Positions 37,869 through 51,058 of a DNA stretch of 64,000 nt are shown one piece after another. Position numbers and translations under genes: made by a program. Position 1 is the stretch's first letter; every line of letters starts with the position of its first letter. The stretch is from Geosiphon pyriformis uo1 (Eukaryota; Fungi; Glomeromycota): the NCBI GenBank assembly GCA_016748015.1, contig JAAOMT010000387.1:93932-157931 (forward strand), in the 5' to 3' direction. Below the pieces are notes generated by a model. It was not told where the DNA came from. It was given only the letters and a program-made list of their open reading frames with translations, and did no database searches.

Positions 37869-40800
37869 CTAAGCACTTATATAAACAGAAACCTCACCCC
37901 CTATGTCTGAAAAAAACAAACAAGACTTATGGAACCTGAAACCAACACCAATTGTCTCAGCAATACCCAGCAACCGGGTCATACCAGATGACAGCCCTAA
38001 AGAAAGCCCAGAAATCGGGATAGGAGCAGATCCATCACACGGAATAAGCCCATTTTTTTCCATAAATGCACGGTGCTTGGCGCGAACCAACCAAATGTCT
38101 TCCCAGAAAGCCAAGCTGAACTCATGCACAAAGGCCACAATGTTCTGACTTGCTATCCTGGAATTTTTGAAGACAGAAACAGACTCACGAAACCAATCCT
38201 TAAAAACAAAACTTTTGCACAAAGCAGTACTAACTGAAATGTTAGACACACAAGTGGACAGCAGCTGCGAGACACCTGAAAAAGAATGAGCCAGACCAGA
38301 GTACACACCCCAAACTGCCGCATAAGTGTCCAACAACTGAGCACAACTATTGGCATCAAATGAACAAAAAAAAGCATGGTTAGAGACCTCGACATCACTG
38401 TAGAACAAACACACTACACTAGAGTAGTGCTTATTATAAAGCTGCTTACACATGGCGACTGGGAGCCAATGGTGCAATGTCTTCATAAAGTAAGTCCAGA
38501 AACCAGCAGTCCACTTGCTAGTAAAGCCAGCAGCCATATGAGAATCTGAATGCCAAACCAGCAATGACCTAAACCAATCAATATCTGTACACAGACTATC
38601 TGCTACCACCCCAATGCCACAACTGACTTCCCAATGTGCACAATGAACAGACCAAAAAACATCCCAAACAAAATGTCTAGAATTACCAGAAATGGCTGTA
38701 CCATCACTCCTTAGATAGCGTTCATTGACAAAATGGGGCAGATGCCAACCAGAGAGAACTGCAGTTCTTGCCAACTTATCAGCCCATTCATTGCCTATAA
38801 CCCCTGAGTGTCCTTTGACCTTACACCAATTAACTCTTAAATTCTTATGACGAATAATATTCACAATATGACAGTGTTCAATCCAACACCGATTCCTAAA
38901 ATCTGGGTAAACCAATTCCATCTTCAACTTGCAAGCATCCAAAACAGCCTGACTGTCTGAGAACAAGTCAACTGAGCAAGAAAAAGGGACACACTCGAGT
39001 GCCAGAGCAATGGCCATCAGTTCTGTCAAGGTAGAAGACATCAAACCAGATACCCCTACACCCAAACCCATATCAATGTCCTCAAAGAAAACAGCAGCTC
39101 CAGCTTTCATATCGACAGTTCTTAAATTACTTAGAGATCCATCTGTATAAATGGAAAGACAACCAACATTGGAATTGAACAAACTGGCACTAATGACACC
39201 AAACTCACGAGACTAAAGAACATCTGAAGAGTCGCAACCAGCCAAAAGTGTGAAACAGACAAAAGGAGAAGACACATCTTCAAGAAAACGAATGGACAGC
39301 TCAAACCAGGCAGAAACTGAACCACGTGGGTCCAACCACTTCCACTGTTTGAAGGTCTTCCATTCAAAAACAGCCCCATTTCGGTTCCACAGCTGATCCA
39401 CGAAAGCAATCCCATAACGCTGAAGTGAAGAGACACTCTTAACATAACATAATTCACCAAAAACAAAGGACATAGAAGTTCCACCCTGCCAACAAAAAGC
39501 ACTAACCAGAAAGCCACCCAATGACAAATCACACCCAGAGAAAATACGCACCACACCTGTCAGAAAATTATTTAGAGGATTGACTTTGACATGAACCAGA
39601 CACTGCAGAGGATGTAGCAGACGCCAGCAGAGAATCTGCAGATCATGCAACTGGTGAGAAAATAGACACCCCAAAATTCCAACAGAGTTCATGAAAGAAA
39701 TGACTAAAGCCAATTTACTCTCAGCCTGAACCTGCTCAAAAGTCTTCAAACCATACAGAAAGAGATGATGAATCACATCATTGGGGAAATCACATGGCAA
39801 ACCAGACTTAGATCTCAAGCCCTTATGAACCAAAGTGTCCCACTTCCTACAAACACTAATAGAAATGTAACTGAACTGTGTTCTATATCCAATGATAGAA
39901 AAGAAGACTGCCACAACCAAATATGAAAACTGCTTATCAGACACTGCCTTTTTTAGGACCAAATTAAAAAAGAACCAGACATCAAAATGCGCCTTAGCCA
40001 AGCTAGGCTTCGAAAGACCCTCAGTTGACAAATAGATCCCCAAATAGTGATGCAATTCCCCCTTTTTGGCAACAGAAATAGGTGATCCGCTGATCAACAA
40101 AAAGGAAGCCATACCATTACAATTGATGGAGATGGCAACAGTTTTATCATTATTAATCAAGATGTCATTGATATCAAAAAATTCACTAACAACATTGAGA
40201 ATATGCTGTGTAGTACTTCGACTGCTGCCAACCCATATAGTATTATCAACAAAGGCACCCACTACAAAAAATGAAAATACACCAGCTCAAGACTCAGTAC
40301 GATCACATCCGGAAATAAAATAAGAATTCACTCTGTAACCACACCCATCTGCCTGCCTCTTAACTTTACACAAAAGGGGATCATAAAATATGCGCCAAAG
40401 AAGTGGTGAGAACACTTCCCCTTGGTCCAAGCCATCATGCACTTTGTACTCATCTGTCAAACCAAAATCTGTCATAACTCTGTTAATGCGACTATTGTGG
40501 ATGCTGCCAAAAAACCTAATGAACCTGCTGTACATCTTTATCCTAACCAAACTGTTCTGAAGGTGTTCCCACCCAACAGAATCATAAGCTTTTTACATGT
40601 CCTGCAAGACCAATCAGAGCTCACAATTCTTCTCCAAAGCATCCTCAATAACTGAACCAATGGCAAAAATGGGAAACTGAGTCGTCATGCCCCTTAAAAC
40701 CAAAAAATTGTCCCCACGCAGAACATTAAAAGTACTACAAGCCAATGAGATCCTATCTGAAAGAATTTTGGAAAGAATCTTGCAGGCAGTTTTAATCAAG

Positions 40801-42557
40801 GCAATAGGTCAGGTGTTTGTAAAAACCCCTGTCTACTCATATGGCTTAGGAATCATTGAGACCCAAGCTTTTTTCTAAGCACTAGGCACTAACTTACAAA
40901 TCAAGCAAGAATTTAAAAGCACCAAAAGCATATCCAAAATTGACTTGTCACAGTGTTTCCAGAGCTTGTTCGAAATTCCAAAGAGACCAGCAGCCTTGCC
41001 TTCAGGCAGACTGGAAACCACACTGAACAACTCATTGAAACCAATGGGACACATTACACCAGAAAAGGCATCATCGAAAACATGCTCCAAAGGCTTATAT
41101 TGGCGAGACCAATTATTAGAGATATTAGGCACCACCTTGTGCTTCCTGGTCCAGCCTTCCATGATTCCATCCACCTTAGCCTTGACTAAGCTGGGCTCCA
41201 AAATCAACTCGTCACCCACAACCAGATAATCCAAAACCACTTTGCGAAAAAGACACTCCAAAACACTCCTGATGGTGTGACCCTTGTCTGATTCAAAACT
41301 TTCCATTCTTCTATTAATAGCTGCTCTAATATGAGATTCCTCAGCATGTCTGGATTCCAGCAACTTAGCAGAGGGGTAAGACTTCCTCATTTTAGTCAGA
41401 GCTGAGCAAATCATGTTAAAATTGGAATCTGAAAGAAATAAAGACTTTACCACCAAAGCACCATTAATGTCGAGCCTCTCCTACGTATTCAACAACGATG
41501 CAAATTCTACACTAGACAACAAATGAGACGTCTTAACCAGCTTGGATACCAGCAGCTTAAGCTTGTGAAACCTAGAAGAACCTTTGGTAAAAACCTTATC
41601 ATAATCCTTAAACCATTTCTTTTTGAATGTTCCAACTGCTGAGAGAGTTATTATTTGGTGCACAATATCCCACATAGCATCTAAATCTGAAGATTCCACA
41701 GAGACAGCGAAATCACTCGAACACATTAGGCCATTGGCCAATGTAGCATTCTTAAAATCATTCCACTCTTTCTCGCCAGCATCTCTAAAATCGAATTTCC
41801 AACGATCTTTATTAGCCTGCTTGTACATTGAATTCAGCTGAGGGTCAAGCAAGCCACCCAAACCCACAGAAACGAAAACAGCCTTATGATCAGTATCAAA
41901 AAAATCTTCAACACCCATCACACTATGATCCATGATCGCATTAACTAAACTAGAGGAAACCAACATGTAATCAATTATTTTGGCAATGCCACAAGAATTG
42001 CACCATGTCGAAGACTTCACAAAAACACTTCTACTTAGAGAGTTGACCAGACCCAAATCAAAACACTTCCTGAAACTAGCACATTTATAAGACTCATCTT
42101 CATTGAAATCACCACCAAGAATAACAAAAAAAGTCTTATTTACAGCTTTGGCAACAAGAGAATTGATATCACTAGCCTGAGAAAACTGAACCACTGAAGA
42201 CGTACCAGTATACAGCCCCAAAATAGACACAGAAAGTTTATTCCCAAAGAGCAGTTTTAATGACAACAGCTGACCAGGTATCTCCGAAATCTTGCATACG
42301 TGCTTCGCCAAAGAAGAGTCCATAATTATTGCAACACCAAAACTCATGTGACCAGAATCCAGACCAGAAGTAAAAACACGAACACCATCAAACTTATTGA
42401 CAATCCATGGATGAATCATGCCTCTTAACTTTGTCTCAGTAACAATAGAGACCAGATTGTTCATATTCTTATGCCAATGTATAATGTCTGCCTGCTTCAC
42501 ACAATTGTTTATACCTCTGACATTACACGCGGCAATTTTCCAAATTAAGTAAGTCAT
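37869..42557 (-). pseudogene. LINE C ORF2: APE endonuclease, RT, RNase H, C-terminal CCHC-like motif
   Basis: WKIAACNVRGIN, TETKL, GGDFNE, IDY, DTDH; LQDM*KAYDSVGW, HDGLDQGEVFSPLLW, AFVDNT; IYTDGS, TELMAI, FSDSQ, KVKGHSG..GNEWAD; CLFYSDVEVSNHAFFC. Confidence 0.93.
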
Positions 42558-44509
42558 TGAGAAGACAGGGGAACCGACAAACCCAAACCAGAACACAGAA
42601 TATTTAACTTATCCAAAACTGAACCAACTGAGGCTTCCAAAGCAATCAATTTTGTTTCCAAACCACCCACTTTGGCAGTGAAGACTTTGAAATTACTAAA
42701 GCTGAGCTCAACAACAGCATTATGAATGACAGATGAAGGAATACCAGATGAGACCAAAGCAGTATTTATAATTATATCAAAATCCACATTAGAAGTCAAA
42801 GTCTTAGAAACAGCAGGAAGAAGGCTCAAAGATGGGATCACCACAGAAACCAAATCAATAGATTCCAGTCGAACCAAAATGCCAGAAACGCAGTCAGTTA
42901 AAAGCTCCAAAAAGTGCTTCAAAATTGCCAGCCAATCATTCAAATAAAAAACAGTAGGAGAATCAGTTGTTATTGAAGAAGAAACCAAACCAGAATGCAA
43001 ACCAGCACCAACCAAACCAAAAGGAATCACACAAGAAAGAGAGCCACCAGCAACTTGGGCCCATGTTTTATCATCAAATAAGACTAAACGAGCAATAGAA
43101 GCTGACTTTTTCTTATATATCTCAGCTAGACAAATTCGATCTTGCTCAGAAACCACCCTCTTCTCACGAACACCAGAATACTCACCTAAGGAACAGTTGA
43201 CTGTAACATGACCAAATTGTTTATAATGAGTACAACTGGCCAAAGAAAGACCAGCCCAATGCAAACTCACACTCTTAAAAACTGGAACGATATCAATAGC
43301 AGCCAACTTGAATGCCTTATCACCAAAACAAATTACAGCACATTTATCACGAACATATGAATTAGAATTATGGCCAATAAAACAAGTTTTCCCATTATAT
43401 GATTCCATCAAACTGGAAAGATTATGAACATTGGTACCAACTGAAAGAGTATAAAGCAAAGCCCAATGCTAATCTCTTGATATCCACGTTTGTTTATCAC
43501 TGACTGCCAAAGCCACATGCACTGAATCTTTTCTCATGAGGACTGATCATTTGAAAGCAACCAGACTAGCTACTTCAGATGACTCAAATTCAACCAAAGT
43601 CTTTTGCCAGAAACCAACCAGCTGCATTTTGATTGAAACAATCTTGCCAAATTTGGAAAAAACTGACTTCACTGCCAATCTGAAAAGATTCATTGGAATC
43701 TCCTTGACTATCACTTCCCAATCTGAACAGACATCCATTTTTCTCAGATTATCATTGACTAAAATTTTCTTACCAATTGCCATTTCCCTAGCCTTATTCA
43801 AACTAATTTCAGATATAAAGGAGGATCTGATGATCTCTGGAAATTTTGAGGAAGTTGAGGCTCCCCCAAATCCATCAACATGATAAAAAATTTTTTTGAT
43901 TGAAACTAACTTATCACCATTAGTTTTGCCAGGAACGGCAGATAGCTCAATATCTAATGCAAACAATTTTGACGAATTAAAATTCCGTTTCTCCGGTGCA
44001 CGTGACCCGATTGGAGGAAGGCGATTGGATCCATAAAATTTGGGACTCGGAAGAGGCAAAGTATCTTCATCATCACTTAGAACGTTGAAAGAGAGAGGTG
44101 GCGGCTTACTGTTCAGAACATAGGTGCGGGTATGCGTCTTCCTTGGCATGGCATCGTTCATGTCGTCATCCAAACCCGAAACATCCGACTCTGCATAGCT
44201 AGTTTCCTCAGCAACGACGTTTTCCAAGTTATCCAAGTCCGAGATGCCACTTACGCTGTCCACTTCACTGTTGACTTTGCTAGCCCACAATTGTCTAATG
44301 TTAGGTCCGTCACTACTTTCATTCATAACGTTCGAGACACCAGCAGATGACTCCACCAAACCGTCAACCGCCACAGGTTTCTTCGGCTTCTTATAGGACG
44401 CACCGCGAGATTGAGGACCAACTAAACGCTTATTTTTGACACCAGACCAGGTCCCCAACCCAGCCGAAATGGACCCAGAACAACCAGCAGCAAAGCCCAC
44501 TGGTTCCAT
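42554..44509 (-). pseudogene. LINE C ORF1 (RRM-like domains, CCHC knuckle, C-terminal coiled coil)
   Basis: ATG at 44509; RRM-like VIVKEIPMN...FSKFGKIVSIKMQ; decayed knuckle CTHYKQFGHVTVNC; heptads KVGGLETKLIALEASVGSVLDKLN. Confidence 0.85.
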
Positions 44510-45926
44510 AGCTACAAAAAGGGAAATGTCTGGAGAAATAACTGGAGAAAGTTGAAGGGGAAAGGGAAAAGGAAGGCTATTTCAGTGATGACTCAATGCT
44601 CTTGTCGTGATCAGGGGATCAACGAAAGAAAGAGTTTTTAAAGATTTTTATATAAATAGTTATTTATTATTAGATTAATTATTATTAATAATTTTTATAT
44701 ATATTTTAATTTTAACAAAAAATTAATATTGGTATTTTTAATTTTTTTTGTATTTATATAGTATTAAAATATTTGTTTATTTGGTATATTTTTTATTAAT
44801 AATTTTTTATTTTTTATTTTATTAGATATTTGTAATTTGTAATAATATTAAATTATTGTTAAATATTTTAGTTTATATATTGTATAATTTTATTTTAATT
44901 TATTAAAACTTTTATTAATATAAGTAATTATATATATTTTTATTATTATTTTATTAAAATAAAATAAAATAATATTAAGTTTTATTTTAAAAACATCCAT
45001 AATTATAGTTAAAATTTAAATAAATTAGTATAAAAGCTTTAATAAATTTTTGTTTAAAATAATTAAAAGCTTTTTATTATTGTTTTGTTTATTTGTAGTT
45101 AATGTTTTTTTTAATCTTTTAAAAACTTGTTGTAAATATTATAAATAATCTGTAAATATAAAAAAGAAAACATTTATATTATTTAAATAAACAATATAGA
45201 TTATTATATAAAACAAAAAAGAGCTGTGTTTACAATCAAAAAAAAATCAAATATTGTAATTAATACTGTTTAACTGTTTTTACAGTTAAGAAGATTTGAA
45301 TACTAATGCTATTAAAAACTATAAAAAAAATTGCTTTTTTCTTAACAAAAAAACTTTAAGTTTGCATTAATAAATATTATTTTTAATATACAATTCTTTA
45401 ACGAATTTTATTTTTTAATATTTCTTTGTTACATAAATATTAAAAATAACAGATATTTTAAAAATTATTACATCATTTTCGTAAGTTAGAATCTGTCATT
45501 TTATTAAATTTACTATTTGCGTTAGATTATTAATTTGAATTTATGAATATATTGTTATGTAAAATTAGTTTTTGTTGTTTTTAATACCAACGCATTTTAA
45601 AATTTTCAACTTTTTTTTTTACCATTTCCATACTGGTTTTTTCTTCAAACTGCTAAGAATCTTATTTTAACACTTATTTTCTCTTTAAAATATAAATTCT
45701 TACGCATTTAATTGGCTAGAAAAGTTGTAAAATTTATTTTAATCATGGATTTGAAATTTAGAAACTAAAATCTCGCAGAATAGCAATATTTCATTTTCCA
45801 CAAAGATGGTCAATTAAAATTTCATAATGAAAATTTGGATGGTTGAAGTGAAATTATTTTTAGGGAGACACTTGTCTCCTTGCATTTTATCCCTTTGTAA
45901 GTTATTTTTTCTCGTCTTGTTCCTTC

Positions 45927-47809
45927 TCATTTTTTTTGGCTTGCTTTCCAGGCTCGAGTCCTTGCACGAATTCTGGGCCTTTTTAGGTTTTTAACAGCGT
46001 GTGCACCTTCCATTATGCCTTTTTGGGCTTTTGGATCTCCTTTACGTATTTTTACTCCACTCTGTGAAGGATGAGTGCTCTGTTTCGGATTGGCATATCT
46101 CGTAACGCGAATTTTGCGATCACCCATTTTAGTTTCATGAAGTTTAAGAGCAAGTCCAACAGAAGCTCGTTCCTAAAAGGCTCAATTTGGTGTTATTATA
46201 GTGATTGAAAAGAATTGTCGTCTAAATACATAATATTTTACCTTGAATTGAACATATGCGAATCCTTTACCAATGTTCGTTTTTTTATCTCTAACAATTC
46301 GAACACATTCAATATCTCCACAGTTTTTAAAATGCTTCCATAACTCTTCTTCTTGGGCGTCAAAAGATAGAGCCCCAATAAAAATTGTCCTCTTTCTATC
46401 GTAGCTCTATTAGACATCAAATTTATGAAATTTATCTATGAGAAAAACCAAAACGTTCAAGAAGTGAAATCTACCTTTGACCCTAAAACTGAATCCACAC
46501 GCAAGTGTTTGCTAAGAAAAATTTGAGCATTCATGGATAATGCCTTGACAGCTGACGCTTTCTCTCTGAAAACTATGTATCCATTCAAGATATCACGCTC
46601 TGCATGCAATTTACCCAATTTAAAGGCAACTTTTCGTGGTAATGGTTCAGAAAAAGCCTTAAGTATAAAGAACAATTTATTTATTTGGTTCAATAGTGAG
46701 AATCATATTAAAAGTTATGCTTTGAAACTTACTATGGATCGGAAGCGAATACTATCGATATGGCCAAATTGGGAGAATTTTTTTTTGAGAAACTTATAGT
46801 CGACCTAGATAATTACCAAATCTCTAAAATCTAATCGATTTGAATTCATATAAAATCGAATATGAAGCAAATATATCTTGATATTTACCTTGCTAATTAC
46901 AGACACGGGTAAATTCCCAACAAAAACGGTTCTCTCTAAACGTTCATCGTCCTCAAAGTTCCTCTGCGATTCATTAGAATCAACCTTCATATCTTTTGGT
47001 TCAAATTCTGTTGCGTTGGGTTGATCATTTCGCATTTCATTGTACTTTTCCTTAGTATTAATCGAGTCATTTTCTGTGCTCGATTCTTCATCATTTTGCT
47101 CGATATAATTTTCCCGTAAACTCTTCTTGACTACCTTTGTCTCAGAAACTTTGAGTTTTTTTTCAAGTCCATTAGTTAGGGGCTTTGAAAGTTTACGCTT
47201 TAGATATTTTTTCTGCTCTTTGTGACTTTTGGTTTCATCAGCCTCTGAAGCTGTTGAACCTGACTTAATTCATACCAAGAGTTAGCAATAATTGGCAATA
47301 TAAAAATCAAATCTTTCACAATTGCTTGGATATGAAATGAAGGGATGTTTAGTTTAGATTATCTCTGAATATTAATACCTTCAAATAGGAATTGATTTGC
47401 GATTTAGCCAATTTCGTTTCATATTTTTCTTCAATTGAAGAGATTGATTTCTTTCCTTGTGATTTCATTTTCGTGTGTGGACTCGCTGATATTGGACCAC
47501 TTGATACATTATTTATGTTTTTTCTAATATCCTCATTAATTTTCAGCTCAGTTTTTTCTACAAGAGCAGGTTGACTCGATATTTCCTTTAAGTTTATTGG
47601 GGGCAACTTGGAGGGACCAGCCTAATTACGTAGGTAAAACACCCAAAGCGGTAAGAGTTTTCGCAAAATTACTTTTTTTTTTATCAAAGCAAAGCTATTC
47701 TAATTTTTAAACATACACTATTCTTGAACAAAGCATCAAGTTCGCTATCGACAAATTTTTTCTTGCCAATGAGTGTTTGACATAAAATTCCTTGGACATA
47801 GTCGTTCAT
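45927..47809 (-). CDS. NOP12: Nucleolar RRM protein Nop12/RBM34-like (multi-exon)
   Basis: ATG at 47809: MNDYVQG...[14 protein letters not shown]; RRM1 [10 protein letters not shown]...[21 protein letters not shown]...NGYIVF...HLRVDSV; RRM2 [21 protein letters not shown]...[19 protein letters not shown]; C-terminal MEGAHA; GT-AG introns. Confidence 0.88.
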
Positions 47810-48105
47810 TTTCGTCGTTAAACTTGGGTTTTAAAATTTTCAAGGCCAAATCTAGTATATAACAAATTTGACTTGATTTGACGATTCATGATTTTTTTGG
47901 CCAGAATTGACGTCACATAAGTTTATTATTGTTCCCTGGTAACTGTTAGCTTTCCACTAATACGCACACACTCCTTTTCTTCTTTACACTTCTACAACTC
48001 CTTTTCTCCGCTAGAACCTCTTTCACGTGTTATAAATAAAAATTTTCTTTCTTCTGTTTTCTTTCGGCAATTTTTCTTTTTTGTTTAGCCATTACCTTTA
48101 GCTAG
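47810..48105. promoter_or_regulatory. Bidirectional promoter between NOP12 and the Sds3/Dep1-like gene
   Basis: Divergent ATGs 296 bp apart; TGACGTCA at 47908-47915, CACGTG at 48024-48029, TATAAATA at 48031, RRPE-like AAAATTTTCA at 47833-47842. Confidence 0.65.
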
Positions 48106-50666
48106 ATGCTCAGACCTATGCCGCCATCGAGTCGCTCTTTAGAAAAGAAACTTGACAAGCAACCAGAGAGTCAAAACTTATTTTTGTCAGGAATGGCGAC
48201 CGGTTTTTCAGAAAACGAGACCGTACCTGTTACGGAAAAGCAAAAAGGAAAAGACATTGAAATGGGAGTGGCAGAGGCAAGCTCTTCAGAAAAGAAAGAG
48301 AGTTACAAGAACGAACAGAACGGTCACCCGAAACCCCAAGTTCTTAAGAGTGGAAGAAGAGTGGGTGAGGGGGAAGTCAAGAGTGAACCTAATGGTACTT
48401 CTAAATCGGTCACCAATTCAATAAGGAGCAATGAGACCCTTCATTTAGATAGTAAAGGTTCGGAACAAGTTAACGGCAATAAATTTCACCCAGCTCCCAA
48501 TAATGTTTCCGAACCCACAAGTGATTCAAAAGGTTCTACTACAATGATACCCGAAGTCGGGTCCAAAGCACCCGAAATACCTTTTAGTGGTCGAACAACC
48601 GAAGAATTGGAACCTCACCCCCAAATAATCGAAGAGGTGAAAACGGGGAAGCGTAAAAGAACAAATTCTATGGATCAATTAGATAACCCCGTAGATGAAA
48701 TTAAACCAAGAGATGATACGGGACATGATGAGGATAACATACTTGCAGATGACGAAGCAGAAGGTAAGATCGCTTGAAAATTAGACAAGAGTTATTTTAG
48801 TGGAATAGCGTGCATGATGTGATTTACAAATTCAGACCTTAATTTGGAATGTCAGAAGGTGGTCAATCTTGCGGGAGTTTTCAAATACGAATATCTTGGC
48901 GGATTTCGGTAGAAGTTCAACCAACATCGAATGAAATTGTGTGTTTGTGCGTTTCTTAGATAATTGTTTTGATTTCGATCCTCGAGCCCCAGTAATAAGA
49001 TAGTTGGATAATAAAAGTATTGGGTTACACAAAGAGTCGTACAAAGTTTTCAGATATGTACCTTTTTCATTTTCTTCGATCCGCTTACAGCAGAAGCGGG
49101 CCCTAGTGACACTTCAAGGCGTAGAGGTGGCGGTGACCCAAGAGCTGCCCAGGATTATCGTTGCATTGAAGAAAAATTCGAACAATTAATGACGCGGTGA
49201 GATGTTGTTTCCGGAGTTTTTTTAAAGTTACAATATCCTTCAAGTGGCTTAACCCATGCTAGTGTGGACTTTCATAGGCACTGGGAAGAAAAATTTCGGG
49301 AGCTAGAAAATGAAAAAAATTTAATTGAACAAGGTGCGTCAATTTCATAAAAGTTTCTATAAATCTCGATTTACACATTTTATTTGTTATTGGTGATCTT
49401 GTGACGCGATGCATAATTACAATTTTGGAATTGTGGACGCTGAACAGTTAGCTTGGCTGGGCAATTAAAAATTTCCTTCGCAGATAATATTATGTTGATT
49501 TCAGCCAATTAATATTTTACAATAATTGCAGTAATGCTGCTTCGGCAAAAAGATTTTTTGGGCCGAAAATTTTGTGGGTAAACTGTTCAGCCGCCACCCC
49601 TAATAATAATATATTTTAAGGATGTTACTGAATATCAATTCTATTTTATAATTACCATCTCTTAAAAAAAAGGTTCCCACATTGGATTTCTTTCGGGCCT
49701 AGACGAAATTACCCGACGCCGTAAACACCGGGACAACATAGCCATGGCCCGGAAAAGTAATCATAATAAAAGCGCGGATGAGCAACTTAATTTGACACAA
49801 CATAGAGCAAATTGTGAACTTATGGTAGTTAGTCTTTTATAATAAGGCGTCATTCATTTAGAAATTCAAAAGATTTAATTTTTTGTATCCCAGTCCCGAA
49901 AAGTTGAGTGGCGAAAAGGAAGATTTGCTGAAATCAACAGTCGACGGTGGAAACTGCAAGAAGATAAGAAAAATTTGGATAATTATGCTCGAGTAGGTCA
50001 GTAAGATTGTAATTGAATTTTCCGAATTCAGATGATCCTAAAATTATTTTACAATTAAGTTAATCTCTAATGTAGCAGTATATACACTGCCTGATCGGAG
50101 TGAAATCATCCGTGATAGAAATATGCGGGTGATAAATGTTCAGGAATTAGCTGCTGTGCAAGAAGAACATGGGTTTCCAGCAGATATCCTTTTTTCCCCT
50201 ATCCAAAATTACTTATTACAGAATTGAAGATTTTAAAAATTACATCTTATTGCTTAACTTCATCTTACCGCCCTTCCTAGAACCAACACCACAAGAAGAT
50301 ATCGAATCAGATTTAATTCAAATGGGGGTAAATAAATTAAGTTTTCCTTTGACTCCCATAGCTCAATTGTAATTAATATGGATCCTATTCTAATTTTGTA
50401 AATGATAGATCACGATAGACGAAGATGTGTCAGGTTAGCAAGATGACGAATAAAATAAGTATCAGATTAGGTCTTAAATATATTAATCGATTCCCGTGAT
50501 TACATCATCACATCAATAATAGCAGAAGGGGAAACACCTTCATCGTTATCACCTCAAATAAAACCACTTTCTGGTGCGAGCAATTCTGCAGAAGAAAGCG
50601 AAACCATCAGCAACAATTTCCGTAACACCCCCAACAACGATAATAGCAATAATAATGTTAATAACA

Positions 50667-50715
<49 letters not shown>

Positions 50716-51058
50716 CCAATATACATCACAACTGGAAATAAGTATCGATGGAGATCGGTTTTGGTTTTTGGGGCGGTGGTTTAACAGAGGTGACTCAGTT
50801 CTCATAAGTGATTCCACATCCGGTCGTTACACTGCTAAATTTATCATGGGAACAAAGCACGAGGTAGAGTGGGTTTTAATTAGTGTGAAATAATAAATCA
50901 AATTGGACGTTGTTCTTCAAGTTATCAACTTATCAAAATAGTTGAACAAATTCTTATTTGCTTAGGTTATAATACAGAGAATGGATGGTTCTAAAACTAG
51001 ACTGCAAGTCAGCCAATTAAAAGAAGGCCGATATCAGATGCACCTCAAAGAATCGTAG
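48106..51058 (+). CDS. Sds3-like family protein (Dep1/SDS3/BRMS1, Sin3-Rpd3L HDAC subunit), multi-exon
   Basis: Disordered N-terminal exon; coiled coil HWEEKFRELENEKNLIEQG/SHIGFLSGLDEITRRRKHR; HGFPA...QEDIESDLIQMG; C-terminal ISIDGDRFWFLGRWFNRGDSVLI...IQRMDGSKTRLQVSQLKEGRY, stop at 51056-51058. Exon boundaries are approximate. Confidence 0.78.
50640..50716 (+). repeat. (AAT)n microsatellite encoding poly-Asn in the Sds3-like gene
   Basis: AAT repeats in frame with the flanking exon sequence. Confidence 0.9.

Larger units (their letters stand above)
37737..44638 (-). mobile_element. LINE copy C, full-length and uninterrupted (~6.9 kb), pseudogenised
   Basis: ORF1, ORF2, 3' UTR and A-rich tail present; candidate TSD TAAAGATTTTT at 37726-37736 and 44639-44649. 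Confidence 0.94.

Noticed and set aside
35464-44350. Numerous plus-strand ORFs antisense to the LINEs
   Set aside because: Shadows of LINE codon bias; not conserved in position or sequence between copies.
1-44640. Alternative genetic code explaining in-frame TGA/TAA/TAG in TE ORFs
   Set aside because: Stops fall at different positions in each copy and correspond to Arg, Gln or Trp in sister copies; host genes use standard stops.
44650-45600. AT-rich block possibly representing another ghost TE
   Set aside because: No collinear match to elements in this window could be recognised by eye.
50554-50817. ORF with a long poly-Leu stretch resembling a membrane protein
   Set aside because: It is the antisense reading of the (AAT)n poly-Asn exon of the Sds3-like gene.
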